From IMG/VR virus record IMGVR_UViG_3300048904_000202, positions 68,007 to 132,006 of that record: 64,000 nt of DNA. One strand, 5' to 3'. The notes below the pieces were generated by a model. It was not told the origin of the DNA and did no database searches. It saw only the letters and a list, made by a program, of their open reading frames with translations. The first letter of the stretch is position 1, and the number at the start of each line of letters is the position of its first letter. The DNA comes from a virus. Lineage: Duplodnaviria > Heunggongvirae > Uroviricota > Caudoviricetes. Shown piece after piece: positions 18,453-27,343 of the stretch. Both the position numbers and the translations under genes were made by a program.

Positions 18453-19945
18453 GCCGGCGTCGCCGGTTGTGACCGCCAGAAGCGGGCGGCCTCGCGGACC
18501 TGCTCGAAGGTAGGCGGGTTCACCAACTCGCCGTTCTCAAAGCTGGTCTGCAACCAATCCCGCTCGCCGGACTGGAGTTCGTCCGGATGGATCGTGACAA
18601 ACGTCTCGTACGGCTCCGGAAAATGGTCAACCGTCCGGCGGACGACCGCGAAACGGCCGGCCTTTGACCGCTTGGACGGATCGGTAGCGACTTCCTTGCG
18701 GATCGCGAAGACGTCGCCGTCGATCGTCACCTCCGATGCCTTCAAGGCGAAGCGATGCGTATCGCGCTCGACCTCGTGCATCATCAAACCGCCACCGGAG
18801 CCGAACACGAGATTGTCGACCGACCACTTACGATAAGCGACGCGCTGGAGAATGCGGCGAAGGGACTCTTCGTTGATCCCGTCGCCTTGAATTAGCCGCA
18901 CGTAAGCCGGCAGTACGCGGTAACCCTTCTCGTTCATCATCCAGCCGGTGTGCTTACCGATCAGATCGAGACAGTGACCGACGTTGTCGACTGGATCGCC
19001 CGAGTCTGGCCGCAAAACCAGCGACATGTTCGAGTCGATCAGCTTCTCCCGTAGACCACAACCGCCCTTGTTCTGCGGCGTCAGCCACATGTTGATCGCG
19101 TTGTCCTGATCGTAGGTATCGATCACAACCGAGACCGGATAGCGACCGCCGAGCGGATTAACCTCTTGGCCGAACTGCTCGATGATGTGTTCGAAGAACG
19201 CCTGCTCGTTGTCCTTGCCCCACGACGTAGTCACCGAGTGTTCCGACGCCGGGATCGAATATCCGAGCATCGCGTCGGTGCGATAAGTGTGCTGGCCGAA
19301 CAGGATACCCATAAGGTTATCGGTCACTTGGAAGTTGACCAGATGAGCCATACCGGAGACCGCTGCGTCCTCAGTGGTGCGGCAACCGCGTGCCGAGAAG
19401 TCGACGACCTTGAACTCGGCCGTACCTTCGGTGCCGGTTTCGGCCAGATACCGCTCGATCAGCCGCCACCAGCGCATGCCACGCGTCGCGATCGTGGTGG
19501 GCATCCAGCAGCGCATGAGGAGCGTTTCGACCGTGATGCACAGGCCGGCGCAGTCCGGATCGAGCGACTCGACCGTCGCTAGGACCGTGCCCTGTGGAAC
19601 GACGACGCCTTCCGGAAGCTGCTTGACGCGCATCGGCAGCTTTCCGCCATGACGTTCCCAGACGATCATAGCCGTATCGGCATCGAACGGCACGCCGTGT
19701 GCCGGCAGGAACTTGGCGGCGTGGTTGATGAATTTCGGCGTCCAAAGCTGGGTCAGGAAGTACCGAAGCGTGTAGGTATTGCCGAACCACATGACTTCAT
19801 TGAACTCACCACCCTTCCGGGCTTCGAGATAGCCGTACTCTGCGGTCAGGCCGGGATGTTGGAACTTCCAGTGGGACGCCTTGTAGGTGTCCTTGTTCAT
19901 GATCGGCTGCGTCAGAAGCTCGCCGATATTATCAATATATTCCAT
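18449..19945 (-). CDS. nadV: nicotinamide phosphoribosyltransferase (NadV/NAMPT)
   Basis: 498 aa; N-terminal NKDTYKASHWKFQ (DSYK-type motif) and NAMPT-like length; AAGGGAG RBS. Confidence 0.85.
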   Translation of the reverse strand: MEYIDNIGELLTQPIMNKDTYKASHWKFQHPGLTAEYGYLEARKGGEFNEVMWFGNTYTLRYFLTQLWTPKFINHAAKFLPAHGVPFDADTAMIVWERHGGKLPMRVKQLPEGVVVPQGTVLATVESLDPDCAGLCITVETLLMRCWMPTTIATRGMRWWRLIERYLAETGTEGTAEFKVVDFSARGCRTTEDAAVSGMAHLVNFQVTDNLMGILFGQHTYRTDAMLGYSIPASEHSVTTSWGKDNEQAFFEHIIEQFGQEVNPLGGRYPVSVVIDTYDQDNAINMWLTPQNKGGCGLREKLIDSNMSLVLRPDSGDPVDNVGHCLDLIGKHTGWMMNEKGYRVLPAYVRLIQGDGINEESLRRILQRVAYRKWSVDNLVFGSGGGLMMHEVERDTHRFALKASEVTIDGDVFAIRKEVATDPSKRSKAGRFAVVRRTVDHFPEPYETFVTIHPDELQSGERDWLQTSFENGELVNPPTFEQVREAARFWRSQPATPA

Positions 19946-19957
19946 GTCGGCTCCCTT

Positions 19958-21047
19958 CTAAATGGTCAGATCGCGGAACGAGTTCAGGTAGAACTCGAAC
20001 GGATTGTAATGATCCTCGAACAGCATCGAGCGGACCACCTCGTCGGTATTCCACCACCGTGCCTGCCGGGCATCGTCGGCGCCCTTCACGATAGGACGCG
20101 GCAGCGATGCCGGGATCAGCAGGCCGAACGCCATCGAGAAGGTGACTTCGCGGTTCGAGCGCCACGGGTTGTCCAGCATCTTCTCGCCGCGTATCCACGA
20201 CGCGAGCGTGTCGCGGGTGATGAAGTCGTTGTGTTCGACGATGCCGGTTTCCTGATCGACCTCGTCGAGCGCCGCGTCGAGGAAGGTCTGGTAGGCGCGC
20301 TTGTGTCCGCCGGGCGATGCCCAGAGACCCTTGCCGGGCATACGATCGCGCTGCACGAGGCAGACGGCGCCGGCATGGAACATCCACATGTCAGCACACG
20401 GGAACTGCTGCGGATCGCCGGTGTAGGGATTGGGCTGGAACTCGGTCAGATAGTTTTTCATGAACTTGTACTCGTCGCGCATGAGCGCGAACTGAGCCGT
20501 GTTCACCCACTGGCGCAGGAACAGATAGGTGCCCTGCGGAATGATCTGGACCTCCGAGCGGTAGATGCACTCGACCGCCGCTGCTGGGTCCCCGGCGTCG
20601 TAGATCGTGTTGCGGATGTCGGTGGCCGAGACCAGAGAATCGGTCGCACCGGTGACAGCCTGCGTCGAGACCGAATCCCAGCCTCGGAATAGCTTGAGGT
20701 AGTAGGACGATCCGTCCTTGGAGAAGCCGACCAGCGCAATGCGGGGCTCGTGATCGAACGACAGGCGCTTGGCCTGCTCGGTCACGACCTTCTGCACGTC
20801 GCGCACCCAGAGCAGGTCGTTGGCGCGGTCCTCGATCCCGAAGATGAATACGCGATCGTTCTCGGCCGGCGTGAGCGACGCTCGGATCATCTGGCTCACC
20901 TCGTCGAAGGTGTGCGGGTTCTTGAAGTGTGGCGCTTCGTTGACCGATCCGATGGTCACGAATGTATATTGTGCCGCGACCAAGCCGGCGCGGATGTTAG
21001 CGATATGAGCGCTGGTGGGTGGCCGCATCCGGCCTGCGAAAACGCAG
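19958..21047 (-). CDS. nadM: bifunctional NMN adenylyltransferase / Nudix hydrolase (NadM-Nudix-like)
   Basis: TTG start after CTAGGGAGACACAAC; N-terminal GRMRPPTSAHIANI resembles the GRFQPFHxGH nucleotidyltransferase motif; C-terminal degenerate Nudix box GGHKRAYQTFLDAALDEVDQETGI. Confidence 0.7.
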
Positions 21048-21069
21048 ATATCGTGCAAGTTGTGTCTCC

Positions 21070-21531
21070 CTAGTTGTTGGCGATGATGTTCACTTCGATG
21101 CCGAAGCTCTCTTCGAACTTTTTGGCGAGTTCGCGGAGCGTCTTTCGGGCATCGTTCTCGTTGCCGCCAGCAGGTCCAAGCTGGATGTAGGAGGCAACCC
21201 ACGAGGTATTCTCGATGCATACACGGAGGATCGCCTTTTCCAGATTGGTCAAGGGCTCCGCCAGCGTCAGCATGTAGACCATTTCACAAAGGCCCGTGGA
21301 TGCCTCCATGATCGCCTCGCGATTCCAGCCTTCCTTTAGGAGGATCGCTAGCGGGTCTGTCGGGTCTTCCGGCTCGCGCTCCGGGAGATCGCTAATTTGT
21401 GCAAGGCCCCACATCATGGCCTCAAGTTCTTTGGTCTGGAGGCGCAGCCTCGCGTGATTCTCGGTCATATGCACTCCTAAGTTGAGTGCGAGTAGCAGCG
21501 CCCAGCCATTTTTGCTAGTGGGAATGAGCAT
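21070..21531 (-). CDS. hypothetical protein
   Basis: 153-aa ORF; stop TAG overlaps the nadM leader; a 56-aa ORF (about 21534-21704) lies upstream. Confidence 0.45.
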   Translation of the reverse strand: MLIPTSKNGWALLLALNLGVHMTENHARLRLQTKELEAMMWGLAQISDLPEREPEDPTDPLAILLKEGWNREAIMEASTGLCEMVYMLTLAEPLTNLEKAILRVCIENTSWVASYIQLGPAGGNENDARKTLRELAKKFEESFGIEVNIIANN

Positions 21532-21703
21532 TGACAGAAAAGAAGCTAAATCTCGATCGGCTCGCCGGTGAGCATGACATCGATGATTTCGGCGTCCTCG
21601 GAGGAATAGCCGACATGCGGCAGAACTTCCTCGATAAGGAGCTTGGCTGTCTCATCATCCTCTGCTTCCACCTCGTAGCGGACCATGACCTCGAAGGTTT
21701 TCA

Positions 21704-22036
21704 TCAAACCGCCACCACGCGATAGAAGTCGAAATCGTCGTAGAGGTAGTTCATCGAGAACCGAACCTCGTCGAGGTCGGCGTCGACCATCTCAAGATCG
21801 TCAACCTTGTTCTCGATGTCGTGCTTAATGTCATTCTCTTCCGGCTTGGTCAGGCCGGCGAGCCATGCACGAGTCTTTGTGACGATCGCGGTACGTTCGC
21901 GCTCGATGTCCTCCTCGGAGGTCGTGTTGTCGAACTCGCCGATCGCGGAGGCGTGGGCGGCGATACGGATTTCGTACTTCCACCGGTGGCCGTTGGCGGC
22001 GACGCCGGCCAGTGCTGCGGCTCCCATCGGCATCAG
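21704..22036 (-). CDS. hypothetical protein
   Basis: Start revised to MPMGAAAL (TGATG overlap); ORF-track start lies beyond the promoter cassette. Confidence 0.4.
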   Translation of the reverse strand: MMPMGAAALAGVAANGHRWKYEIRIAAHASAIGEFDNTTSEEDIERERTAIVTKTRAWLAGLTKPEENDIKHDIENKVDDLEMVDADLDEVRFSMNYLYDDFDFYRVVAV

Positions 22037-22284
22037 TGACACGCTCCTGCATAGTTGCCAGAGGTAATCATCTCGCCGATGTCTCCCGCCAGCACAAGAC
22101 CGGTGGTTTCGTCGGTGAGCGTTCCGCCCGCTTTGGCGATAACGCCCTTGAGCGCCTCGATCACCATATCGCCGCCGAAGTCGGACGAAAGTTCGGCGAT
22201 CGTCTGATCGCCCGCCCTGTTCGTTTTCACCAGCGAACGGACACCGCCGTCTACACGGATGAGGAATTTGCCTTTGAAGTACAT
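22033..22284 (-). CDS. hypothetical protein
   Basis: 83-aa ORF beginning right after GAATCGGGAGACGCAGCGAC leader. Confidence 0.5.
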   Translation of the reverse strand: MYFKGKFLIRVDGGVRSLVKTNRAGDQTIAELSSDFGGDMVIEALKGVIAKAGGTLTDETTGLVLAGDIGEMITSGNYAGACH

Positions 22285-22365
22285 GTCGCTGCGTCTCCCG
22301 ATTCGTTTTCGTCGAGTCCGTGTAGGACAAATGTTCGAGTCGGGTCAACGGATTTTTAAGTCCAC
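22285..22365 (-). promoter_or_regulatory. conserved promoter-leader cassette
   Basis: rc: CGTTGACCCGACTCGAACATTTGTCCTACACGG...ACGAATCGGGAGACGCAGCGACATG. Confidence 0.45.
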
Positions 22366-22382
22366 AATGGGTACTTATGGGC

Positions 22383-22802
22383 TTATCCCCACTTCTCCTT
22401 GAAATCATCGTGCAGCTTGGTCTCGCTGCGATTTGCCCGCCGGTGAGACCAGACGCCGGCCGCAATAAAACCGGCGGCGAGGAAAGGGACGAAGATGGCC
22501 CGATGGCCGATGTTCGCCGGGTTGGCGAGCAAGGAGATAACGTTGCCGGCGACTAGCAGGCCGCCGACCATGAACAGCATCATCGAGAACGGGCGATCGG
22601 CGGCGCCTTCCGACGCTTTCTTCGCATCGGCTCGATAGGCGAAGGCTGTATAGAACCCAGCGGAGAACGCTTTGATCGTGTCGTCGTTATCGGGGAACTC
22701 TCCCGCCGCGATCCGACGTTTGAGTTCACGTACACCCGCCGTGCGACGCTCTGCGTCCATGCGCTCGGCCAGTTTTTCGAAATAGCCCTTCTTCTCAGTC
22801 AT
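22383..22802 (-). CDS. membrane protein
   Basis: 139 aa with two C-terminal TM helices. Confidence 0.5.
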   Translation of the reverse strand: MTEKKGYFEKLAERMDAERRTAGVRELKRRIAAGEFPDNDDTIKAFSAGFYTAFAYRADAKKASEGAADRPFSMMLFMVGGLLVAGNVISLLANPANIGHRAIFVPFLAAGFIAAGVWSHRRANRSETKLHDDFKEKWG

Positions 22803-23136
22803 AATACTCCTTTCTCACTGCGTCACCCAGCGGGTGGAGTTGCCAGTATTCGTCCGCGCCGATCTCGCGCCACGGCATGCCGTAGTGGGCTGCGATCGGT
22901 GGCATGATATGTTCGAGCAGTGCCTTCTTCTTGTCGCGCCAAATGAAACCGGTCTGAACCGCGAGCGATCCATCGAGCCCGAAGATGTCATAACCGATGT
23001 CGTAGGCGATCTGCGTCAACGGGCTAACGTGGTGACCGAGCGGTACCTTAACGAAGCCTTCCCCGCGCCGCTTGGGAACGAGGATGTTGACCTCGTAAGT
23101 ATCCGGACGCGCCAATACCAATAGTTCTTTCATCAA
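22795..23136 (-). CDS. hypothetical protein
   Basis: 113-aa ORF, TGATGATG overlap with the 772-aa gene. Confidence 0.5.
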   Translation of the reverse strand: MMKELLVLARPDTYEVNILVPKRRGEGFVKVPLGHHVSPLTQIAYDIGYDIFGLDGSLAVQTGFIWRDKKKALLEHIMPPIAAHYGMPWREIGADEYWQLHPLGDAVRKEYYD

Positions 23137-25451
23137 CGCCGCCGGTGCTTTTGATCGATACCGTCCTCGTCGTACTCAGCCCAATTCGAGTGATCGGCGA
23201 AACTTCGATTACCGTGGCCGCCGGTCCGGATGACCCAACCAGTCGAACGAGCGTCTGACATGTCTGGTAGCTCAGGCGCGGTCAGCCGGTTGCGGATGCG
23301 CGCGAGCGCCCGCTTCGACAGCGCGACCCGGACGCCGAAGTCCAACTGGTGCCATGGATTCTGGAGCCGCCATTCGAGCGGATCGATCCGATCGAGGATC
23401 GAGTTGCCGGTATAGGCGTCATCCATGCCGGGGTTCCACATGCGCAGAAACAGTGGCAACTCATCCACCGGTACGCCGGTAATCTCGGCCAAGTCTTCGG
23501 GACAGCCGGGACGGACCTGCAAGGCGTAAGTCGATCGGGTGTCGTCGAAGTAGCAGAGGTATGCACCGCCGCGCGATTGCGTCCAGCCGTTGCTCAAGGT
23601 GATCTGCGAGTCGGACATGTAGCCCCATTCGTACAAGCGATCGGTGCCCTTCTCCTTGGTCCACGCCTCGATGTCGATTAGGCGCGAGAAAGTATAGCGG
23701 TCCCAGCCGGTCCAGATTTTGTGAGCGTCCACATTTTTTTCGCCGAACCAGTCCTCGCCAGTCTCGATATTGGCGTCGAAGGCACGCGTGCCGGCGGGGC
23801 GCTTGTGTTCGATATGCTCGCCCTCGGGAAAGCAAGCATAACGCAGCACGTTGTCGATGTTCGCTTCGACGCGCTCGCGGTACCATTTGAGGATGCCGGG
23901 ACGCTCGCGTACGAACTCATCATCGGCGGCGCGCTGGATGCCTCGGGCAAAGTTCGATCGAGCGATGAACTTGCGATCCGCGTCGATCTGCTCGCGGGTG
24001 CCGAAGTTGGTCGCGTTCACCGCATCCACTGGATAGGCACGGACACCTTCCGGGAGCTTTATGCCGAAGGTCGTGTTGACGCCTTTCTCCGTGGCCGGAA
24101 GGTGCGAGATCGCGTTGTCAGTACGGACGGGGACATCCTTGCGGCCCCACGTCTCGCCCTTCTCGACCGGCTTGCTCAAGAGGTAGGGCTTTTCGGTCGC
24201 CACGCCGCCATGGGCGAGTAGGTTCAGGGCCTGCTCGGGCACGAGGTGACCGTAGCGCTCCTCCAGCCACTTGTTGCGGCCGAAATTGTGCTTCTGGTTG
24301 CCATATGGCTTGCCCACATCCTTCTCGGTCAGCGCACCGGTACGAACGTCGTCCACGGCTAGCGGCGCGAGGCGTAGCGGCTCATATCCGGTAATCGGCA
24401 GATTGGCGTTGACGGCCGCCGAGAGGAGGACGTTCTGGTCCTCCAGTCGAAGCATCTCGGTGGTGTAAGAAAGCTGGCGCTGTGGGAACGGCTGGTTCCA
24501 ATACTTTTCGACCAGCAAGTCAAACACCTGAACCAGCCACGCCGCCGTGACGATCTCCAACTCGCCAAGCTTGGCAAACTCGAAGAACTCCGGCTGGTGT
24601 CCGACCAGACCCTTCTCGTGGCTCTGGCGGTACTTGTCGTGATACGGATCGCCCTTCTCATTGTAGCCGATGTTGAGCTTGTCGTAGGGAAACCAGTTCT
24701 TGCCCACGCGCCGACTATGCTCACGATCCGGGCGGCGCGACATCTGCCGGGCGAACGGATGCGTGTATTCTGGCACGTCGGTGATCAGCAGCAGGTTGCC
24801 GCCGTTCCGCAGCGCGATGGCGAAATAGCTCTGGAGTTCGTCGGGGTCGCGGACAAGGTTCAGCGACATGCCACTCGGCATCGAACAGGCGTGTTCAACG
24901 AGGCTGTTGACGTTCCAGTACGAATACATGACCGGGTTGTAGAGCGGACGCACCTCGGGAGGATCAATCTCGCCGGTGAGGAACTGATCAGTCCGCATCC
25001 GGTCGGCCGACTTGAGCGCGTCATTGCGGACCTGCGCGACGTAGGCGTCCTTGCTCAGGAACTCTCCGATCGCGTCGCCGTCACATCCGATATGGACCAG
25101 CGCCTTGCGAAGCTGCTCGCGGTAGGTGTCTGCCGCTTCGAGGATCGTCACGTCTTTGATGAGCTTCTTGAACTCACGGACCTTCGAGATGTAGTCGAAG
25201 ACGTAATCCTCGTCGGCGTCGATCTCGGCGATCGACATCGTGGCCTTCTTGAAATACCACGACGAGATGTCGGCCAGCAGCAGGTAGGCGGTGACCAGAG
25301 TTGGGTCGAGTGTCATCGACTCCTTGATCTCGTCGTTCGCCTGCTGGAGGTTGCGCTTTCCCCAATCGTAGCTCTCGGAGTTCGGGTCCATGCCGATCAA
25401 CTCGAACCACAGGGTGATAGCCCTGTTAAAATGTTCTGCCGAGGTGATCAT
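23133..25451 (-). CDS. large ORFan protein (772 aa)
   Basis: Longest ORF in the window; no Walker or other motif recognised; preceded by a variant promoter-leader. Confidence 0.65.
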   Translation of the reverse strand: MITSAEHFNRAITLWFELIGMDPNSESYDWGKRNLQQANDEIKESMTLDPTLVTAYLLLADISSWYFKKATMSIAEIDADEDYVFDYISKVREFKKLIKDVTILEAADTYREQLRKALVHIGCDGDAIGEFLSKDAYVAQVRNDALKSADRMRTDQFLTGEIDPPEVRPLYNPVMYSYWNVNSLVEHACSMPSGMSLNLVRDPDELQSYFAIALRNGGNLLLITDVPEYTHPFARQMSRRPDREHSRRVGKNWFPYDKLNIGYNEKGDPYHDKYRQSHEKGLVGHQPEFFEFAKLGELEIVTAAWLVQVFDLLVEKYWNQPFPQRQLSYTTEMLRLEDQNVLLSAAVNANLPITGYEPLRLAPLAVDDVRTGALTEKDVGKPYGNQKHNFGRNKWLEERYGHLVPEQALNLLAHGGVATEKPYLLSKPVEKGETWGRKDVPVRTDNAISHLPATEKGVNTTFGIKLPEGVRAYPVDAVNATNFGTREQIDADRKFIARSNFARGIQRAADDEFVRERPGILKWYRERVEANIDNVLRYACFPEGEHIEHKRPAGTRAFDANIETGEDWFGEKNVDAHKIWTGWDRYTFSRLIDIEAWTKEKGTDRLYEWGYMSDSQITLSNGWTQSRGGAYLCYFDDTRSTYALQVRPGCPEDLAEITGVPVDELPLFLRMWNPGMDDAYTGNSILDRIDPLEWRLQNPWHQLDFGVRVALSKRALARIRNRLTAPELPDMSDARSTGWVIRTGGHGNRSFADHSNWAEYDEDGIDQKHRRR

Positions 25452-25530
25452 GCTGTCTCCGAGTCTCCCTGTGAGTGTTGATTTTGACTAGGCGTTAGCT
25501 GCATTGGTGTCAAGGAGCACTAACCTGCGC
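25452..25530 (-). promoter_or_regulatory. variant promoter-leader (TTGACA-N17-TAGTCA ... ACAGGGAGACTCGGAGACAGC)
   Basis: rc: CCTTGACACCAATGCAGCTAACGCCTAGTCAAAATCAACACTCACAGGGAGACTCGGAGACAGCATG. Confidence 0.4.
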
Positions 25531-25660
25531 TTGTAGGCAACCGCCTCGCGCTTGGTGCCATAATCGGGCGACAAGATCGAGCGATTGGCGATGGCGTTGT
25601 CGTACACCACCCAGCGGCCGGCGCTGTTGCGGGCGACGTGCATACCGTGTGACCTACCCA

Positions 25661-25894
25661 TCAGCCGTGTCCCAGATTCTTGAGATCGAACAGCGAGACA
25701 CCGTAGGTCTCGTAGACGTGATCGCACAGATCGTCCTTGGCCGCGCGGAACTTGTCCCACAGCGGCTTGTCGGCTGCCTTGAGCGCTTCGTATTCCGCGC
25801 CGGGCGTCCGGCACTTGTTCATGGCCGTCACGTTGTCGATGAACGCCTGATGGGCGGCGCGGACGTTCTGTACCGCCTGCTTTCCGTCGATCAC
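25661..25894 (-). CDS. hypothetical protein
   Basis: GTG start overlapping upstream stop (GTGA); a 57-aa ORF (about 25488-25661) follows. Confidence 0.35.
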   Translation of the reverse strand: MIDGKQAVQNVRAAHQAFIDNVTAMNKCRTPGAEYEALKAADKPLWDKFRAAKDDLCDHVYETYGVSLFDLKNLGHG

Positions 25895-26196
25895 CAGCGT
25901 CCTCCCTGCCGCCAGAACTCGAAGTTCTCGGGGAATGAGCGACCACCGGGGCACGGCCGGCCGCCAGCCTGCGTTGCGACCATCCACGCCTTGAACGCCG
26001 GATAGTCACGATGCTCGCGGGCACGCTGCTCGATCTTGTTGCGCTCGGTCGCGGCGAGCCAGTCGCGGAAGCCCTCGGCCTCGACCATCAGACGGACACA
26101 GCCTTGCCGGTAGACCTGATAGGCGGCGAACGCCGGATGTTCATTGTCACCCGGACGGATCGCGCCATGTATCGGCGGTAGTGCGGCGGCGGACAT
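25891..26196 (-). CDS. hypothetical protein
   Basis: Start revised to MSAAALPPIHG right after GGGAGACACGATTTGGAT leader. Confidence 0.45.
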   Translation of the reverse strand: MSAAALPPIHGAIRPGDNEHPAFAAYQVYRQGCVRLMVEAEGFRDWLAATERNKIEQRAREHRDYPAFKAWMVATQAGGRPCPGGRSFPENFEFWRQGGRW

Positions 26197-26275
26197 ATCC
26201 AAATCGTGTCTCCCTGATTCGTTGCGTGCGAATCGTCTAGGACGAATCTTTGGGCTTGTCAACTGACCACCTTGT
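26197..26275 (-). promoter_or_regulatory. conserved promoter-leader cassette with GATTCG/CGAATC hairpin
   Basis: rc: GTTGACAAGCCCAAAGATTCGTCCTAGACGATTCGCACGCAACGAATCAGGGAGACACGATTTGGATATG. Confidence 0.5.
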
Positions 26276-26445
26276 AGAAAGACCGGCCGGCACCTTTTTA
26301 GGGCACCAACCGGTCCTCTCATTCGTTCTACACGCAGCACAGCAACTACAGGAGTTATCATGCTGGTTGAAATGGTCGCAGGCGGGCTCGCCGCTCAAGG
26401 GTTTCGCGATATGTTGATCGCTTTGGCGCGTATTCTCCTGCGTGT

Positions 26446-26640
26446 CTAAATCTCGGAAAGCAGCTTCTGCATGTCGGTCGGGACATCCTCTGTCACCGTG
26501 TCGCCGTTCAACAGGTTGAGGTTTCTTGCCACCTGCTGAGCCTCGTCGTCCAAATCATGGGAACTCACCTCGATCGGCTTTGCCTGACCAAGCGTGTACA
26601 CCACCACAAATTTGCCGTCGATCGGCGTCACAAAATACAT
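26446..26640 (-). CDS. hypothetical protein
   Basis: 64 aa with strong RBS GGAGGACTGA. Confidence 0.5.
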   Translation of the reverse strand: MYFVTPIDGKFVVVYTLGQAKPIEVSSHDLDDEAQQVARNLNLLNGDTVTEDVPTDMQKLLSEI

Positions 26641-26706
26641 TCAGTCCTCCAGTGTCCGGCACCAAATGCACTAACACAACGGAGGTTCCGAGTTAAGTAG
26701 GAATAA

Positions 26707-26964
26707 CTAAGCCGCCTCCCGGCTCTCGGCGAAGGACATCTCGTCGATAAGCTCGACATCAGCTTCGGTCTCCAGCCAAGCGCGAGCGCCGCAGCGGAGT
26801 TGTGAGCCGTCATAGATAAACCGGCTTGGGCCGTTAATCGTCACCTCTCGGGCGTATCGGCTAGGGCCGCCCCGTCCGTCGCGGACGATATAGACTGGAC
26901 GGTTGCCGCCGTCCTTGGCGTTCATAGCGACGTTCTGCTTGTTGACGTGGATGATGGTGGTCAT
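26707..26964 (-). CDS. hypothetical protein
   Basis: Start revised to MTTIIHVNKQN (ATGA overlap). Confidence 0.45.
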   Translation of the reverse strand: MTTIIHVNKQNVAMNAKDGGNRPVYIVRDGRGGPSRYAREVTINGPSRFIYDGSQLRCGARAWLETEADVELIDEMSFAESREAA

Positions 26965-27187
26965 ACGCCTTGCTCGATCAGCGCGGCCAGACGCTCCTCT
27001 CCGGCCGGCAGGATGTAGGCGGTACCGATCTGCCACCCGGTCAAGCCTTCACGCTGGAGGTGGTAATATTGGCTGTAGAGCGCCTTGTGGTTGGCCGGAA
27101 GCTTCGCCAGTTGCAGCAGGCGACGCTCCCGGAGCAGAGACATGCGGGTGATCCGGTGGGTGTCAGGATCGCGATCGATCGGACTCA
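26961..27187 (-). CDS. small conserved protein, paralog of 14209-14430
   Basis: GTG start in GTGA overlap with the zinc-ribbon gene; about 80 percent nt identity to the 14.2-kb copy. Confidence 0.45.
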
Positions 27188-27343
27188 CCGTGCGTTTCCC
27201 TTGTACGGTCGCGTCTTGGTCCGCGAACATTTGCTACGTTTGCCGGTCGGCCACAGGCCGATCTTGTTGATCTTCCCACACCGTGCGCAAACTACCTTGT
27301 TCGCTCGCAGCGGTAGTATCTGGGCATGGAAGACGTGATTCAT
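27184..27343 (-). CDS. small zinc-ribbon protein (52 aa)
   Basis: Below ORF cutoff; ATGA overlap with AAA+ stop; CARCGKINK...KCSRTK motif. Confidence 0.4.
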
